Below are positions 1 to 12,274 of a DNA stretch of 64,000 nucleotides, one piece after another. The stretch lies in contig OZ024756.1 of assembly GCA_964016885.1 (NCBI GenBank), positions 10,912,001 to 10,976,000 on the forward strand, written 5' to 3'. The translations under genes and the position numbers were made by a program. Each line of letters opens with the position of its first letter. The first letter of the stretch is position 1. The notes below the pieces were generated by a model. The model made no database searches. It had not been told where the DNA came from and saw nothing but the letters and a program-made list of their open reading frames with translations. Origin of the DNA: Eledone cirrhosa. Its lineage: Eukaryota.

Positions 1-401
1 ACAATTTGATAAAAAGACTTAAAAACTGATTCCTAATGGAAGACTTAAAAACTGGTTTCTATATGTTGATATACTAAGGAGATATTTAAGAAAGGATGAG
101 AAGTGTTACTAGTATTTATTTCGGTAGAATGTTAAATATACGTGTGAAAGGAAATAGAGTGAACTTTTACTGAAGAGAGTTATTATGAGAGGAATTATTA
201 AGAATAAAATAATTAGAGGAACTAATGTATATTTTGACAGATGGAGCAAACATAAATTATAATATATTATAAAGATAGAAGTAAAGAAAGGTATGATTAT
301 CATATTTAATGACCAAGCTAGGTATACCAGGGTATAAGACATCAAATTATTAGACACGTGTTCCTCTAATGGTTGTGTTGAGTTTAGTAATGAAGGATGG
401 T

Positions 402-608
402 CTAAGTTAAGGAGTGATAGAGTAATGAGGGAAGGTCTAAGTTAAGGGTCATAGAGTAATGAGGGAAGGTTTAAGTTAAGGGTCATAGAGTAATGAGGGA
501 AGGTTTAAGTTAAGGGTCATAGAGTAATGAGGGAAGGTTTAAGTTAAGGGTCATAGAGTAATGGGGGAAGGTTTAAGTTAAGGGTCATAGAGTAATGAAG
601 GAAGGTCT
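402..608. repeat. 34-bp tandem minisatellite (TTAAGTTAAGGGTCATAGAGTAATGAGGGAAGGT), ~6 copies
   Basis: Unit directly visible, repeated head to tail. Confidence 0.9.
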
Positions 609-807
609 AATGTTATGAAAGAAGCTTCTGATAAACAGAGATCACAATGACCTTTGCAACCACTGTAAGGAGAGGGGTTTAGCTAAGATATCTAAAGAGT
701 ATTCAGTATTTGACAGCTCCAGCTCATTAATATATCTAGCTAAAGATGTAGTAAATTTTAAATTTCTATTCTTAAAGAAATGTTTATGGGAATTAAAATG
801 AGTCTTA

Positions 808-860
808 AAACCGGGTGATGCATTATGTCCTTGAGCAAGACACTTTATTTTACATTCCTC
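808..860 (+). mobile_element. Fragment of tRNA-CORE SINE (central domain only)
   Basis: ACCGGGTGATGCATTATGTCCTTGAGCAAGACACTTTATTTTACATT matches the body of the full SINE at 2239-2580. Confidence 0.7.
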
Positions 861-993
861 CTGCCTGGATTGCGACCGACAGATAATATTAGCAATTGGA
901 AAGACCAATGGAAACATTGTTTCCTCAGTCTGATTGGAGGAGCTCCACCCCACTTGTTAAGTGAGTGGGGTCTGGGATCTTGTTGATCGATAG

Positions 994-1046
<53 letters not shown>

Positions 1047-1306
1047 TTACTTATATATGTCTGTATGTAAAATTACTGTATATGTTTCATGACAGAGTTA
1101 CCTCTCATATATCACTTCACATCATTCATGTTTTTTCTCATTTCCCTCAGCTTTCCCACAAGAGATTTTGCATAATCCCAGTCATTTGTTTGCACTCTTG
1201 TCTAAAAATATGACTAATATCCATAACTTACTCTTCTTTAGGCATTATTAGCTTATGAAACCATTGGTTACAAATGGAATATCATGTGTATGAATAATAT
1301 TAAATA

Positions 1307-2234
1307 CTAGCAGCAGTACCCAGTGTTGCCTGGGTAGGTAAAATAATATCTGCTTTGATGAAAAGGTGTTGATCTTAGCGACTGCGAGTTTCTTGAAAAT
1401 CGTTCGTAAGGTGCAGCAAATGGCGAAATGTTGAGTGAAATCGTATGGAATATGTGGGAGGTGGAACCAATCGTATTTTGAAGAGTTAAACGGCTGTCAC
1501 GCCGTCTCTGAACAAAAAATGCAAAGTGTAAAGCTACTATAAGATGTGCAATGATAGGTTCTATCGTAGTATAAAAGTTGAACCAAATAAATTGATTTAT
1601 GTGTGAGGTGGAGCCGAAGTTTCGAATTTGAATGAAATCGGTTGAAAAATTTGGGAGCTAATGATAGGTCGCCGAAAAGGCGGACATTTGAGCGAAAAGG
1701 TGGTATTTACGAATATTTAAGCGGCTGCCACGCCGTTCCTGAATAAAATAAATCCAAAATGTAAAGCCACTTTAAGACGTGAAATAATCAGATCTAGCGT
1801 AGTGTAAAATTTGAACAAAGTAGGTTGATTAATGTGGGAGCTAGAGCCGAAAAAAGGAAATTTGAGTCTAAAAGTGGTATTTTTGAATCTTTAAGCGGCT
1901 GCCACGCCGTCCCTGAACAACAAATGCAAATTATTACAGGATGTGCAATGATAAATTCTATTTTGCTTTAAAATTTGAACGAAATTGGTGGAAAAATGTG
2001 GGAACTAGAGCCAAAAATCTTCTTTTTCGATACCATTTTTTTACCGATTTTTATCTGCAGAATGACCCCTGAATAAAAAAAAAAAACGATACGCTGATAT
2101 ATAGAAAACACCTCCCGATGACTAATCTATGAGCCTGTAAAGTTTCATGAAAATCGGTCGTAAGATGTAGGCCCCTATAGGTAATACACAGACACACACA
2201 CACACACACATACTTAACTTTACATATATACAGA
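1307..2234 (-). mobile_element. Non-autonomous Helitron
   Basis: On the minus strand it begins with TC (2234) after an A and ends with hairpin TACCCAG/CTGGGTA (1317-1336) followed by CTAG (1310-1307) before a T, i.e. canonical termini and AT target. Has a (CA)n tract near the 5' end and three diverged internal subrepeats containing GGCTGCCACGCCGT (~1490, ~1722, ~1897). Confidence 0.8.
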
Positions 2235-2238
2235 TGTA

Positions 2239-2582
2239 TGGAGGCACATTGCTAAGTGGTTAGAGCATTGGCCTTGCAATCGAAAAGTTGTGAGTTCAAT
2301 TCTCAGACCGGGTGATGTGTTGTTTCCTTGAGCAAGACACTTTATTTCACATTGCTCCAGTTTACTCAGCTGTAGAAATGAGATGATAGGGACTGGGGTC
2401 CCTATCATTCCACTGCAAAGTGGTCGTGGAGGTGCCACGGCAAAAAAGCCCCCAGCACTCACTGTAAATGAGGTTGGTGTTAGGAAGGGCATCCAGCTGT
2501 AGAAATCAAGCCAAAATCAGTTCCCGTCCCACCCTTGGAAGCAGGGAAAAAGCGGACGTAAAAATGAAATGATGATTATGAT
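2239..2582 (+). mobile_element. Full-length tRNA-derived CORE-type SINE with RTE-derived 3' tail
   Basis: tRNA-like head (A box TTGCTAAGTGG, B box GAGTTCAATTC), CORE-like CCTTGAGCAAGACACTT domain, 3' part nearly identical to the RTE 3' UTR at 38295-38445, and (GAT)n tail. Confidence 0.85.
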
Positions 2583-2673
2583 GTATATATACAAATATAG
2601 ATATACTCTCACACATACACACATACACACATACACACACATATATCAATGGACATTATATATATGCCCATAT

Positions 2674-2706
<33 letters not shown>

Positions 2707-2879
2707 AACGAAATAGAGGCCGATTGTGATTGTTAATTGTGCAATTAGGTTGTAAGAAGCAACGAAACAGCAATTGCTGATAAATGGCGCCAGTTGCCAA
2801 TAGTGACTGTCATGAAAATATCTAATACGGAACAAATGGAATTAAATGGAATAAAAACTAACGACTATCTGGTACATGG

Positions 2880-3980
2880 TGGGGGGGGGGGGAGATTGGT
2901 GGGTGGTGGAGATTGGTGGGGTGAGGGAGGGAGATTGGTGGCTTTGGGGGTGGAGATTGCTGACGGGGGGAGGAGTAGAGATAGGTGGGGGAGATTGGTG
3001 AGGGGAGAGGGGGGAGTAGAGATGGGTGGAGATTGGTGGGGGAGATTGGTGGGTGGTGGAGATAGGTGGGGGTGAGGGGTGTAGATTGTTGGCTGGGGGT
3101 GGAGATTGGTGACGGGGAGTGGGTGGGGGAGATTGGTGGGGGGTAGAGATAGGTGGAGATTGGTGGGGGTGGAGATTGGTGGGGGTGGAGATTGGTGGGT
3201 GGTGGAGATTGGTGGGTGGTGGAGATAGGTGAAGGGTGGAGATTGGTGGCTTGGGGTGGGTGGGGGAGATTGGGGGTGGGTTAGAGATAGGTGGAGATTG
3301 GTGGGGGTGAGGGGTGGAGATTGGTGGCTGGGGGGGGGGGGGGTTGGTGACGGGGATGGGGGGGGGGAGATTGGTGAGGGGTGGAGATTGGTGGGTGGTA
3401 GAAGGGGGAGATTAGTGGGGGTGAAGATTGGTGGGTGATGGAGGGGGGAGATTAGTGAGACATGGGGCTGGTTATTGGCAAGATGGTGATGTTGTGGGGG
3501 GGGGGGGGGGGGGGGGGGCACGAGATGGTGATGGTGATGGTGGGGCCGATAGTGGTGGTGTGATGATGATGGTGGGGGTGATGTTGGAGATGGTGGTGCT
3601 GGTGATGGTGGGTGGTGGTGGTGGTGGTGGTAGTGATGGTGTGGGTGATGGTGGAGATGGTTGTAGTAGTGTTGGTGATGGTGGTGATGGTAATGGTGGA
3701 GATGGTTGTGGTGGTGGTGATTTTGGAGGGGTGATGGTGGTATGGTTTAGGGGTAGCGGTGGTGTTGTGATGTGGTGAAAGGGTGGTGGTGATTGTGGTG
3801 TGGTGGCAGTGTGATGGTGGAGGGAGATGGTGGTGGTGGTGGTCGTTGTGGTGTGAGGGTGGTGGTGCGGTGGTGGGGGGGTATGGTGGTGGAGGTGTGA
3901 TGGTGGTGGTGGTCGTGGTCGTGGTGGTGGAGGGAGATGGTGGTGGTGGTGGTATTGGATGGAGATGGTGGTGGTGGTGG
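2880..3980. repeat. G-rich low-complexity repeat (GGAGATTGGTGGGG-like units grading into (GGT)n)
   Basis: Directly visible. It explains the Pro/Gly-rich spurious ORFs. Confidence 0.9.
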
Positions 3981-4239
3981 TAACCAGCCTACCATTATTA
4001 CCATTACAAAGTTATGTTGCTATATATATGTTTTTATATTCAACACATGTTCTACATGTGTACAATCTCACAACAATTTATGCACATTTACAACATGTTA
4101 ATTCATATATACACACACTGCAGCTATATTATATTAATATACATACATGGAATGTCATTTGCACATATTTAGACCGTGTGTTATATATATGGGCATCTAA
4201 TGTATTTATGTACATATAATGTATATATGTGTGTACATT

Positions 4240-4280
<41 letters not shown>

Positions 4281-4417
4281 TATATATATATGTAGGAGGT
4301 GAGTTTTATTGTAGTACAATAAAGCAATGCAGATATCGGATAAGAAGCACTCTACAGTTTGTAGGACTGGAGTATACATAATATATAAGAACAAAAGATG
4401 GTTAAAAGAGTTCCATG

Positions 4418-4488
4418 TATTTTATTATGCGCATTTCAAAAACAAATATCATCATGCAATAATATTTGTGTTTTCATCAGATAAAACA
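4418..4488 (-). ncRNA. Minimal type I hammerhead ribozyme
   Basis: Reverse complement of the motif at 4607-4677. Confidence 0.75.
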
Positions 4489-4606
4489 GGAGGACACGAT
4501 ATGAAGGTTAAAAAACACTTGTGGATAGTGCAGTTTTAAATCAACATATGTTGATTCAAAACTGAACTATCCACAAGTGTTTTTTAACCTTCATATCGTG
4601 TCCTCC

Positions 4607-4677
4607 TGTTTTATCTGATGAAAACACAAATATTATTGCATGATGATATTTGTTTTTGAAATGCGCATAATAAAATA
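4607..4677 (+). ncRNA. Minimal type I hammerhead ribozyme
   Basis: TGTTTTAT-CTGATGA-stem II (AAACACAAATATTA/TGATATTTGTTTTT)-GAAA-TGCGCA (palindromic stem III)-TA-ATAAAATA. Stem I is 8 bp. Confidence 0.75.
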
Positions 4678-4741
4678 CATGGAACTCTTTTAACCATCTT
4701 TTGTTCTTATATATTATATATATATATATATGATGTACATC

Positions 4742-4809
<68 letters not shown>

Positions 4810-4811
<2 letters not shown>

Positions 4812-5141
4812 AGGCACATATATATATAACACACGGTGGTTAGAGCATTGGGCTTGCAATCGAAAGGTTGTGAGTTCAATTCTCAGACCAGGTGATGTGT
4901 TTTTTCCTTGAGCAAGACACTTTATTTCACATTGCTCCAGTTTACTCAGCTGTAGAAATGAGATGATAGGGACTGGGGTTCATATTATTCCACTGCAAAG
5001 TGGTCGTGGAGGCGCCACGGCAAAAAAGCACCCAGCACTCACTGTAAATGAGGTTGGTGTTAGGAAGGGCATCCAGCTGTAGAAATCAAGCCAGAATCAG
5101 TTCCCGTACCACTCTTGCAAGCAGGGAAAAGTGGACGTAAA

Positions 5142-5172
<31 letters not shown>
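4810..5172 (+). mobile_element. tRNA-CORE SINE copy (head interrupted by a TA tract)
   Basis: Near-identical to 2239-2582, with (GAT)n tail. Confidence 0.85.
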
Positions 5173-5205
<33 letters not shown>

Positions 5206-5315
5206 TACACATATATATATATATGTGTGTATATATAATGTATATATGTGTGTACATCATATATGTGTATATATATATATATATAATGTACACATATATA
5301 TATATTTGTGTGTAT

Positions 5316-5374
<59 letters not shown>

Positions 5375-5492
5375 TACATCATATATATATATACATATAT
5401 ATACATATATGATATACATCACATATATATATATATATATATACATGTATGATATACATCATATATATATATATATATATATGATATACATC

Positions 5493-5524
<32 letters not shown>

Positions 5525-5545
5525 TATATATATATATATATATAT

Positions 5546-6886
5546 ATGATCCTGACACTCATAGCGGAATCAATGGCCGAGCTAGAGAAGAAATTCCAAA
5601 CATGGAAGCACGGCCTAGAGTCAAAAGGACTTAAAATTAACCTGGCTAAGACCAAAGTACTAGTTTGTAGGAAAGAAAACAAGGCGGCGGTCCCTTCTGG
5701 GAAATGGTCGTGCTCGGTGTGTAGGAAAGGCGTAGGTAGAAACTCCATTTTATGTCCTAAATGCAAAGTATGGGTGCATAAAAGATGTAGTGGGATCACA
5801 GGTAGGCTAACTAAGAACATAGATTTTACATGTGGCCGGTGCTCTGGTGCAATAAGTAGCAGCAAGTGCCCACAAACTACTAGCTCTTTCAATTGCGCAG
5901 AGGGTTCTATAGAAATAGTGGACAGCTTCCGTTACCTGGGCGATAAAATCAGCAGTGGGGGAGGGTGCTCTGAAAGTACTGTAGCTAGAGTCAGAACTGG
6001 TTGGAAAAAGTTCAGAGAGCTTATACCACTATTAGCTGCTAAAGGGTTCTCACTAAAAATGAAAGGCAGGTTGTACGATGCCTGCATACGAACAGCAATG
6101 CTGCATGGCAGTGAGACCTGGGCATTGTGTGCAGAGGATATACGCAGACTAGAGAGGAACGAAGCTTGCATGCTCCGCTGGATGTGTAACAGTAATATAC
6201 GTGAACGGCAAAGCATAAACGAACTAAGGAATAAATTAGAGATAAGAGGGATCAGATGTTGTTTACTCGAGAGAAGGCTACGTTGGTATGGACACGTGAT
6301 GCGCATGAAAGTCGATAGCTGTATAACAAAGTGCAGGGCAATAAAGATAGACGGTAGTCACGGAATAGGCAGACCTAGAAAAACCTGGGACGAGCTGATA
6401 AACTCCGACATCACACACTTACACCTCTCCAAGACAATGTCACTGGACCGAGACCTTTGGCGGTACTCAGTAACAGAGAAGACCCGCCTTACCTAAATAT
6501 ATAGTAAAACCTACTCCAGCCAGTAGGCATCTCTAACAAAATACACCCCGTCCCACCACCCCCACCCGATCCACACCACCCCGTTCTATGTAAAGTTATG
6601 TTGGTGCCGCGCCATCGAGGCCGAAACAAATGAGATCGTGTAGGTGTCACGACAAAAAAACACACAGTCCACGCTGTAATGTGGCCGTGTAGGCAACACG
6701 GTAAAAACCTCCCAGACCCACACTGTAAATGTGGTTGGTGTTAGGAAGGGCATCCAACTGTAGAAAACCTGCCAGACAGTCCTATGCGAGCAAGACAATC
6801 ACTCTTGCCTCAAGTGGGACTACCCCCGTCCAAACCCATGCAAGCGTGGAACACGGACGTTAAACGTTGATGATGATGATGATGAT
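5546..6886 (+). mobile_element. 5'-truncated RTE LINE (RT C-terminal part with PHD-like finger, 3' UTR subfamily B, (GAT)n tail)
   Basis: ORF 5546-6496 aligns with the C-terminal ~315 aa of the ORF at 35136 (LHGSETW, RRLRWYGHVMR, GRPRKTW). Inserted in a TA microsatellite. Confidence 0.92.
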
Positions 6887-6913
6887 ACATCATATATATA
6901 TATGATATACATC

Positions 6914-6957
<44 letters not shown>

Positions 6958-6959
6958 TA

Positions 6960-7001
<42 letters not shown>

Positions 7002-7004
7002 TAT

Positions 7005-7098
<94 letters not shown>

Positions 7099-7373
7099 TA
7101 CCTCTAATGTATTTTCCATGCACCATTTCTGTTAACAATGATTGGTAACGGCCCAAACATTGAAATCTCAATATGTCTGATTAAATATAAGCTGAAGAAA
7201 CACACTCACACACACACACACATATATATACACACACACACATAAGCTCAGACATATACTTACATATATATACACATACATATAGAAACATATATATATA
7301 TATATATGTATATATACACACATACATATATGTGTGTATATATAACGTATATATGTGTGTACATCATACATAA

Positions 7374-8346
7374 CCGCTAGAGGGTTCTCCCTAAAAATGA
7401 AAGGCAGGTTATACGATGCCTGCATACGAACAGCAATGCTGCATGGCAGTGAGACCTGGGCATTGTGTGCAGAGGATATACGCAGACTAGAGAGGAATGA
7501 AGCTTGCATGCTCCGCTGGATGTGCAATAGTAATATACGTGAACGGCAAAGCATAAACGAACTAAGGAAAAAATTAGAAATAAGAGGGATCAGATGTTGT
7601 TTACTCGAGAGAAGGCTACGTTGGTACGGTCACGTGATGCGCATGAAAGACGACAGCTGTATAACAAAGTGCAGGGCAATAAAGATAGACGGTAGCCACG
7701 GAGTAGGCAGACCCAGAAAAACATGGGACGAGCTGATAAATTCCGACCTCACACGCTTACACCTCTCCAAGACAATGTCACTGGACCGAGACCTTTGGCG
7801 GTACTCAGTAATAGAGAAGACCCGCCTTACCTAAATACAAAGTAAAAACCTACTACAGTCAGTAGGCATCTCTATCAAAACACACCCCCGTCCCACCACC
7901 TCCACCCCACCCACACCGCCCCTTTCAATGTAAAGTTATGTTGGTCCCACAACATCCAGGCCGAAACAAATGAGATCGTGTAGGTGTCACGACAAAAAAC
8001 ACACAGTCCACGCTGTAAATGTGGCCGTGTAGGCAACACGGTAAAAACCTCCCAGCCCCACACTGTAAATGTGGTTGGTGTTAGGAAGGGCATCCAGCTG
8101 TAGAAAACCCGCCAGACAGTCCACGCTGTAATGTGGCCGTGTAGGCAACACGGTAAAAACCTCCCAGCCCCACACTGTAAATGTGGTTGGTGTTAGGAAG
8201 GGCATCCAACTGTAGAAAACCCGCCAGACAGTCCTATGCGAGCAAGACAACCACTCTTGCCTCAAGTGGGAAAACCCCCGTCCAAACCCATGCAAGCGTG
8301 GAATACGGACGCTAAACCTGATGATGATGATGATGATGATGATGAT
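7374..8346 (+). mobile_element. 5'-truncated RTE LINE (subfamily B) with ~112-bp internal duplication in the 3' UTR
   Basis: ORF 7355-7834 is near-identical to 6040-6496. The segment ACAGTCCACGCTGTAA...CCGCCAG occurs twice (~8003 and ~8116). Confidence 0.9.
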
Positions 8347-8524
8347 ATGTAAATACATGCATACATTCATGCATACATACATGTTTACATAGATACATAC
8401 ACATACATTCATACAAGCATACATACATGCATACATAGATGCATACATACATACACATACATGCATACATAGATGCATACATACATATACATACATGCAT
8501 AGATACATTCACATACATTCATAC

Positions 8525-8937
8525 ATTTTTTCACGCTCAGAGTTGCTGAAGCATGGAACAAACTGCCTGCGTCAATTGTTAGCTGCCGAGACACTGCATC
8601 CTTTAAGACACTCATGCTTCCCGAAATACGCCAAAACTACACCTGATGTACCCCTTCCATACACATGCACACGTGTGTATCATGACTCGTGCACTGTTCA
8701 TTTTACTGATGTTTGTGTATTTCCCTATGTACTGTACATGCACTTTTTTTGATGAGTTGTGGTGCACCTGGGCACTGTACACAATATTTCATTATTGTTA
8801 TTATTATTATATCATGACTCATACACTGTTCATTTTCCTGACATTTGTACATTATTTTATGTACTATACATGCACCTTTGATGAGTTGTAGTGCACCTGA
8901 GCACTGTACACAATAATTTCATTATTATTATTATTAT
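8525..8937 (+). mobile_element. 3' end of a CR1-group LINE (RT C-terminus FFTLRVAEAWNKLP + 3' UTR, terminal part duplicated, (TTA)n tails)
   Basis: Translates to FFTLRVAEAWNKLPASIVSCRDTASFK, the typical CR1-group C-terminal motif. Same family as 45390-48680. Confidence 0.8.
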
Positions 8938-8995
8938 ACAAGCATGATACATGCATACATAGATATATATAAGTGCATACAAACATATACACATA

Positions 8996-9575
8996 CATGA
9001 TGATGGCTGCCCCCTCGTTATCGAGTATGGCCATTGCATGATATACCATTATTAATAATTATCAATTAATTCTATCGTGCAATGCCTGTGCGTGAAAATA
9101 TTTTTTAAAGTGAGGAAAGACTGTGCACTGAGCCAATCCCACTCTCTGAGCGACAGTAGCTATAACCCGAAAAGAAGAAAAGATCAACATCATCGGTAAC
9201 TACTGAGCCACAGGTTTTATATCGGAGTTAACCCAGTTTCCTAAGTTGCCTTCTTCTAGAAGAATGCCCTGACAAAGGCTAGGGGTCCTTCACTCCCAGT
9301 GGTTTAACCGCGCGATCGGGTGTCCAGCCCGACTATTTCTATGTCCCTGCTCATATACATACACATGCACCCATGTATATACACATGCACCCATGTATAT
9401 ACACATATACATACATATGTACATGTCTATATACATATTTACACAATTTTGGATGGCCATTGACTGTTATGAGTTCTTCCGCCCTTTGTCAGGTTTTGTG
9501 TTTTGTCCTAAAGGGTGTCCAAAATCACCCTCCTCACCAAACAAACTTGGTGGGGCTGCCGGTTTAGTCGCCGAT
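8996..9575 (-). mobile_element. Non-autonomous, probably bipartite RTE-derived element (5'UTR-like + 3' tail), interrupted by microsatellite
   Basis: Reverse complement shares GTCAATGGCCATCCAAAAT, GACCCC..AGCCTT.GTCA.GGCA..TTCTAG.AGAAGG and the tail TGGCC.TACTCGA.AACGAG..GGCAGCCA with 40803-41286. Confidence 0.55.
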
Positions 9576-10500
9576 GACCCAACTATGCATACAAGCATAT
9601 ATACATACACACATACATACACACATGAATATACATACATGTATTCATACCTGCACGCATACATACATAAATACATACATACATGCATACATACACACAT
9701 GCATACACACACACATACACACAGACACACATACACACACACATACATACACACACACACATACATACACACATACACACATACATACACGCACACATAC
9801 ACACACATACATACATACACACATACATATGTACACATACATACACACACATACATCCATACATACATACATACATACACATACAACACACATACACATA
9901 TACACATATGTGTGCATACACACACACTCACACATGTACACATACATATACACAAACATGTTCACACAAACACACATGAACATACACACACAAACATATA
10001 CACACTTACAAACACACCCACATTAGTACCTTCAGGCACACACACACTTACACGCACACATGATCATACACACAAACACACACACTCACACATATGTACA
10101 CACATACACTCAAACATACACACACACATATTCGTGTGCATACATACACGCACACACATACTCATACATATACACTAACACACATACACTAACACACACA
10201 GATATGTGTACATACAGACACGCACACACATACACACTAATACACACATACACTAACACACAGATATGTGTACATACAGACTTGCACACACATACTCACA
10301 CACACATAAACACTAACACACACACATACACTAACACACAGATATGTGTACATACAGACACGCACACACACACATACACACTAATACACACATACACTAA
10401 CACACAGATATGTGTACATACAGACTTGCACACACATACTCACACACACATAAACACTAACACACACACATACACTAACACACACAGATATGTGTTCATA
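9575..10500. repeat. (CA)/(CATA)n compound microsatellite with an internal ~120-bp duplication
   Basis: Directly visible. Confidence 0.9.
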
Positions 10501-10505
10501 TATAT

Positions 10506-11253
10506 ATATATATATCCAAAATTAAAATTAAGGGTTGTCATGTCTGAGAGACATGTGCCATATCCACCTTAGAATAAGCTCAAAGATTAGATCCGAATAT
10601 TACATATCAACTAGAAATAGATTGACATATTTATATATATATAAAATAAACATATGAAACAATCAAAGGGAATAATTTGTAAAGAATGTAAGCACACATA
10701 ACTAGGTAGGTAAATAATTAAAGTTTAACTAGAACTTCAAATATAGATACCTTTTAAAATGATTAATCTCCTTTGTATATATTTCTTTAAATAAGAAATA
10801 TATTTCGCCAATTAATCCGTAAATCACAGCAGTTAAATTCTTGGATGTTCACCAAAGGAGAAGAAGATAACCATCTGCGTTTACAAAGCAAATGCAAATC
10901 TGTGAATGACTTGAACTGCGTGTTGCATCTTTTAAAAAATACACACATTGCACAACATCATCCCAGTGGCGTGAATAGGACCATCGACAGCCAGAAATAG
11001 CAGCCGAGCCTATTGAACTGAATTAGCTCAACAATCAAGGGGCCGTATATATATCCAAAATTAAAATTAAGGGTTGTCATGTCTGAGAGACATACGCCAT
11101 ATCCATTAAAAGGTATCTATATTTGAAGTTCTAGTTAAACTTTACTTAGTTACCTACCTAGCTATGTGTGCTTACATTCTTTACAAATTATTCCCTGTGA
11201 TTGTTTCATATGTTTATTTTATATATATATATATATGTCAATCTATTTCTAGT

Positions 11254-11260
<7 letters not shown>
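10506..11260. repeat. Combined direct repeat (10506-10567 / 11046-11106) and inverted repeat (10604-10757 / 11107-11260)
   Basis: ATCCAAAATTAAAATTAAGGG...CCATATCCA occurs twice directly. ATCAACTAGAAATAG...GATACCTTTTAA is present as the reverse complement immediately after the second direct copy. Confidence 0.85.
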
Positions 11261-11300
<40 letters not shown>

Positions 11301-11832
11301 TATGTATACGTACATACATATATGTATACAGACGTACAGTAGTATGTATATACATACATACATGCACACATATATATATGTACGTATGGATTTACCGAGC
11401 ATTTATTATAATGTTCGGTTTGTTTGTAAACAAACAGCCCGAATTAAGCCGTACAGTGTTCAGCAACCATCGTTGCCCTTTTGTTCAACACTGACAAAGG
11501 AACGATGAACTAGTTTTTAGCTTATTAGCTGTCATCAGCCCCGTATACCTTCCTGTCAATCGATTGAACGTTTGAAAGTATATACTTTCCTTATGCATAT
11601 TAACGGCTGAGCAGCCTAATTTGCATATCGAGTGAGTTAGTCGGCCGGGCGTACCGAAAACGATAATTGGAAAAAAAGAAATTTCATTTCTCAATCTTAG
11701 TACGGCTGTTACTTAAATATAAGTATGTATACGTACATACATATATGTGAGCGCGGGGCGGGGGGGGGGGGTCTAGTTGTTATATTGAAAAAGTAAAAGA
11801 ACAAGAAAAGAATATAACATCATCATCATCCC

Positions 11833-11876
<44 letters not shown>

Positions 11877-12274
11877 CATCATCATCATGGTATCATCATC
11901 ATCATCATCATCATATATATAATCAAAATATTTTTTTTAAATGTAATTAATATAAAAACCAATAATTGTGAAGTATTATGTTTGATGAAACTATATTGAA
12001 ATATATAGTAGTATATATCATCATCATCATCATCATCATCATCTTTTACATCATCATCATCATCATCATACGTATATGCTGGCATACAAATCGATTCGCC
12101 GCATAATTCGGCTCCTGAAATTCAGGTTTCGGTCTATATTTGCCGAATAAGAAGACCCAAATAAATAATGCAGTTGCAGGGGAAATAATTCAAAAAAACT
12201 TAGTGCCGCACTAAAGGTTAAAACACTTCTTCTCAAACACTTCAGTCACTGAGTAAGCCAGCCTAGACTTAATG

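Larger units (their letters stand above)
4378..4717. repeat. ~340-bp spacer-less palindrome (fold-back), probable inverted PLE pseudo-LTR
   Basis: Arms are reverse complements centred on AATCAACATA|TGTTGATT (4547/4548), with ~2 mismatches. Each arm carries a hammerhead motif. Confidence 0.9.

Noticed and set aside
1-400. Penelope RT remnant (WFLYVD on plus; FDVLYPGIP on minus)
   Set aside because: Motif-like words occur on opposite strands with many stops; not distinguishable from chance.
2239-2310. tRNA gene
   Set aside because: Has A/B boxes but no proper acceptor stem, and is fused to a SINE body present in several copies.
2865-3521. Proline-rich extensin-like ORF and overlapping Gly-rich ORFs
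   Set aside because: Arise from G-rich low-complexity DNA open in several frames on both strands.
9440-9575. Twister or HDV-like ribozyme at the 5' end of the RTE-derived element
   Set aside because: Contains GAGGAGGGT and hairpins, but I could not build the required pseudoknot pairings by eye. An Infernal search would settle it.
9393-10572. His/Thr- and Tyr/Ile/Cys/Val-rich ORFs here and throughout (22198, 38437, 40420, 44336 etc.)
   Set aside because: Translations of (CA)n and (TA)n microsatellites.
12075-12221. piggyBac-like terminus ending ...CACTAAAGG-TTAA
   Set aside because: No matching second terminus found.
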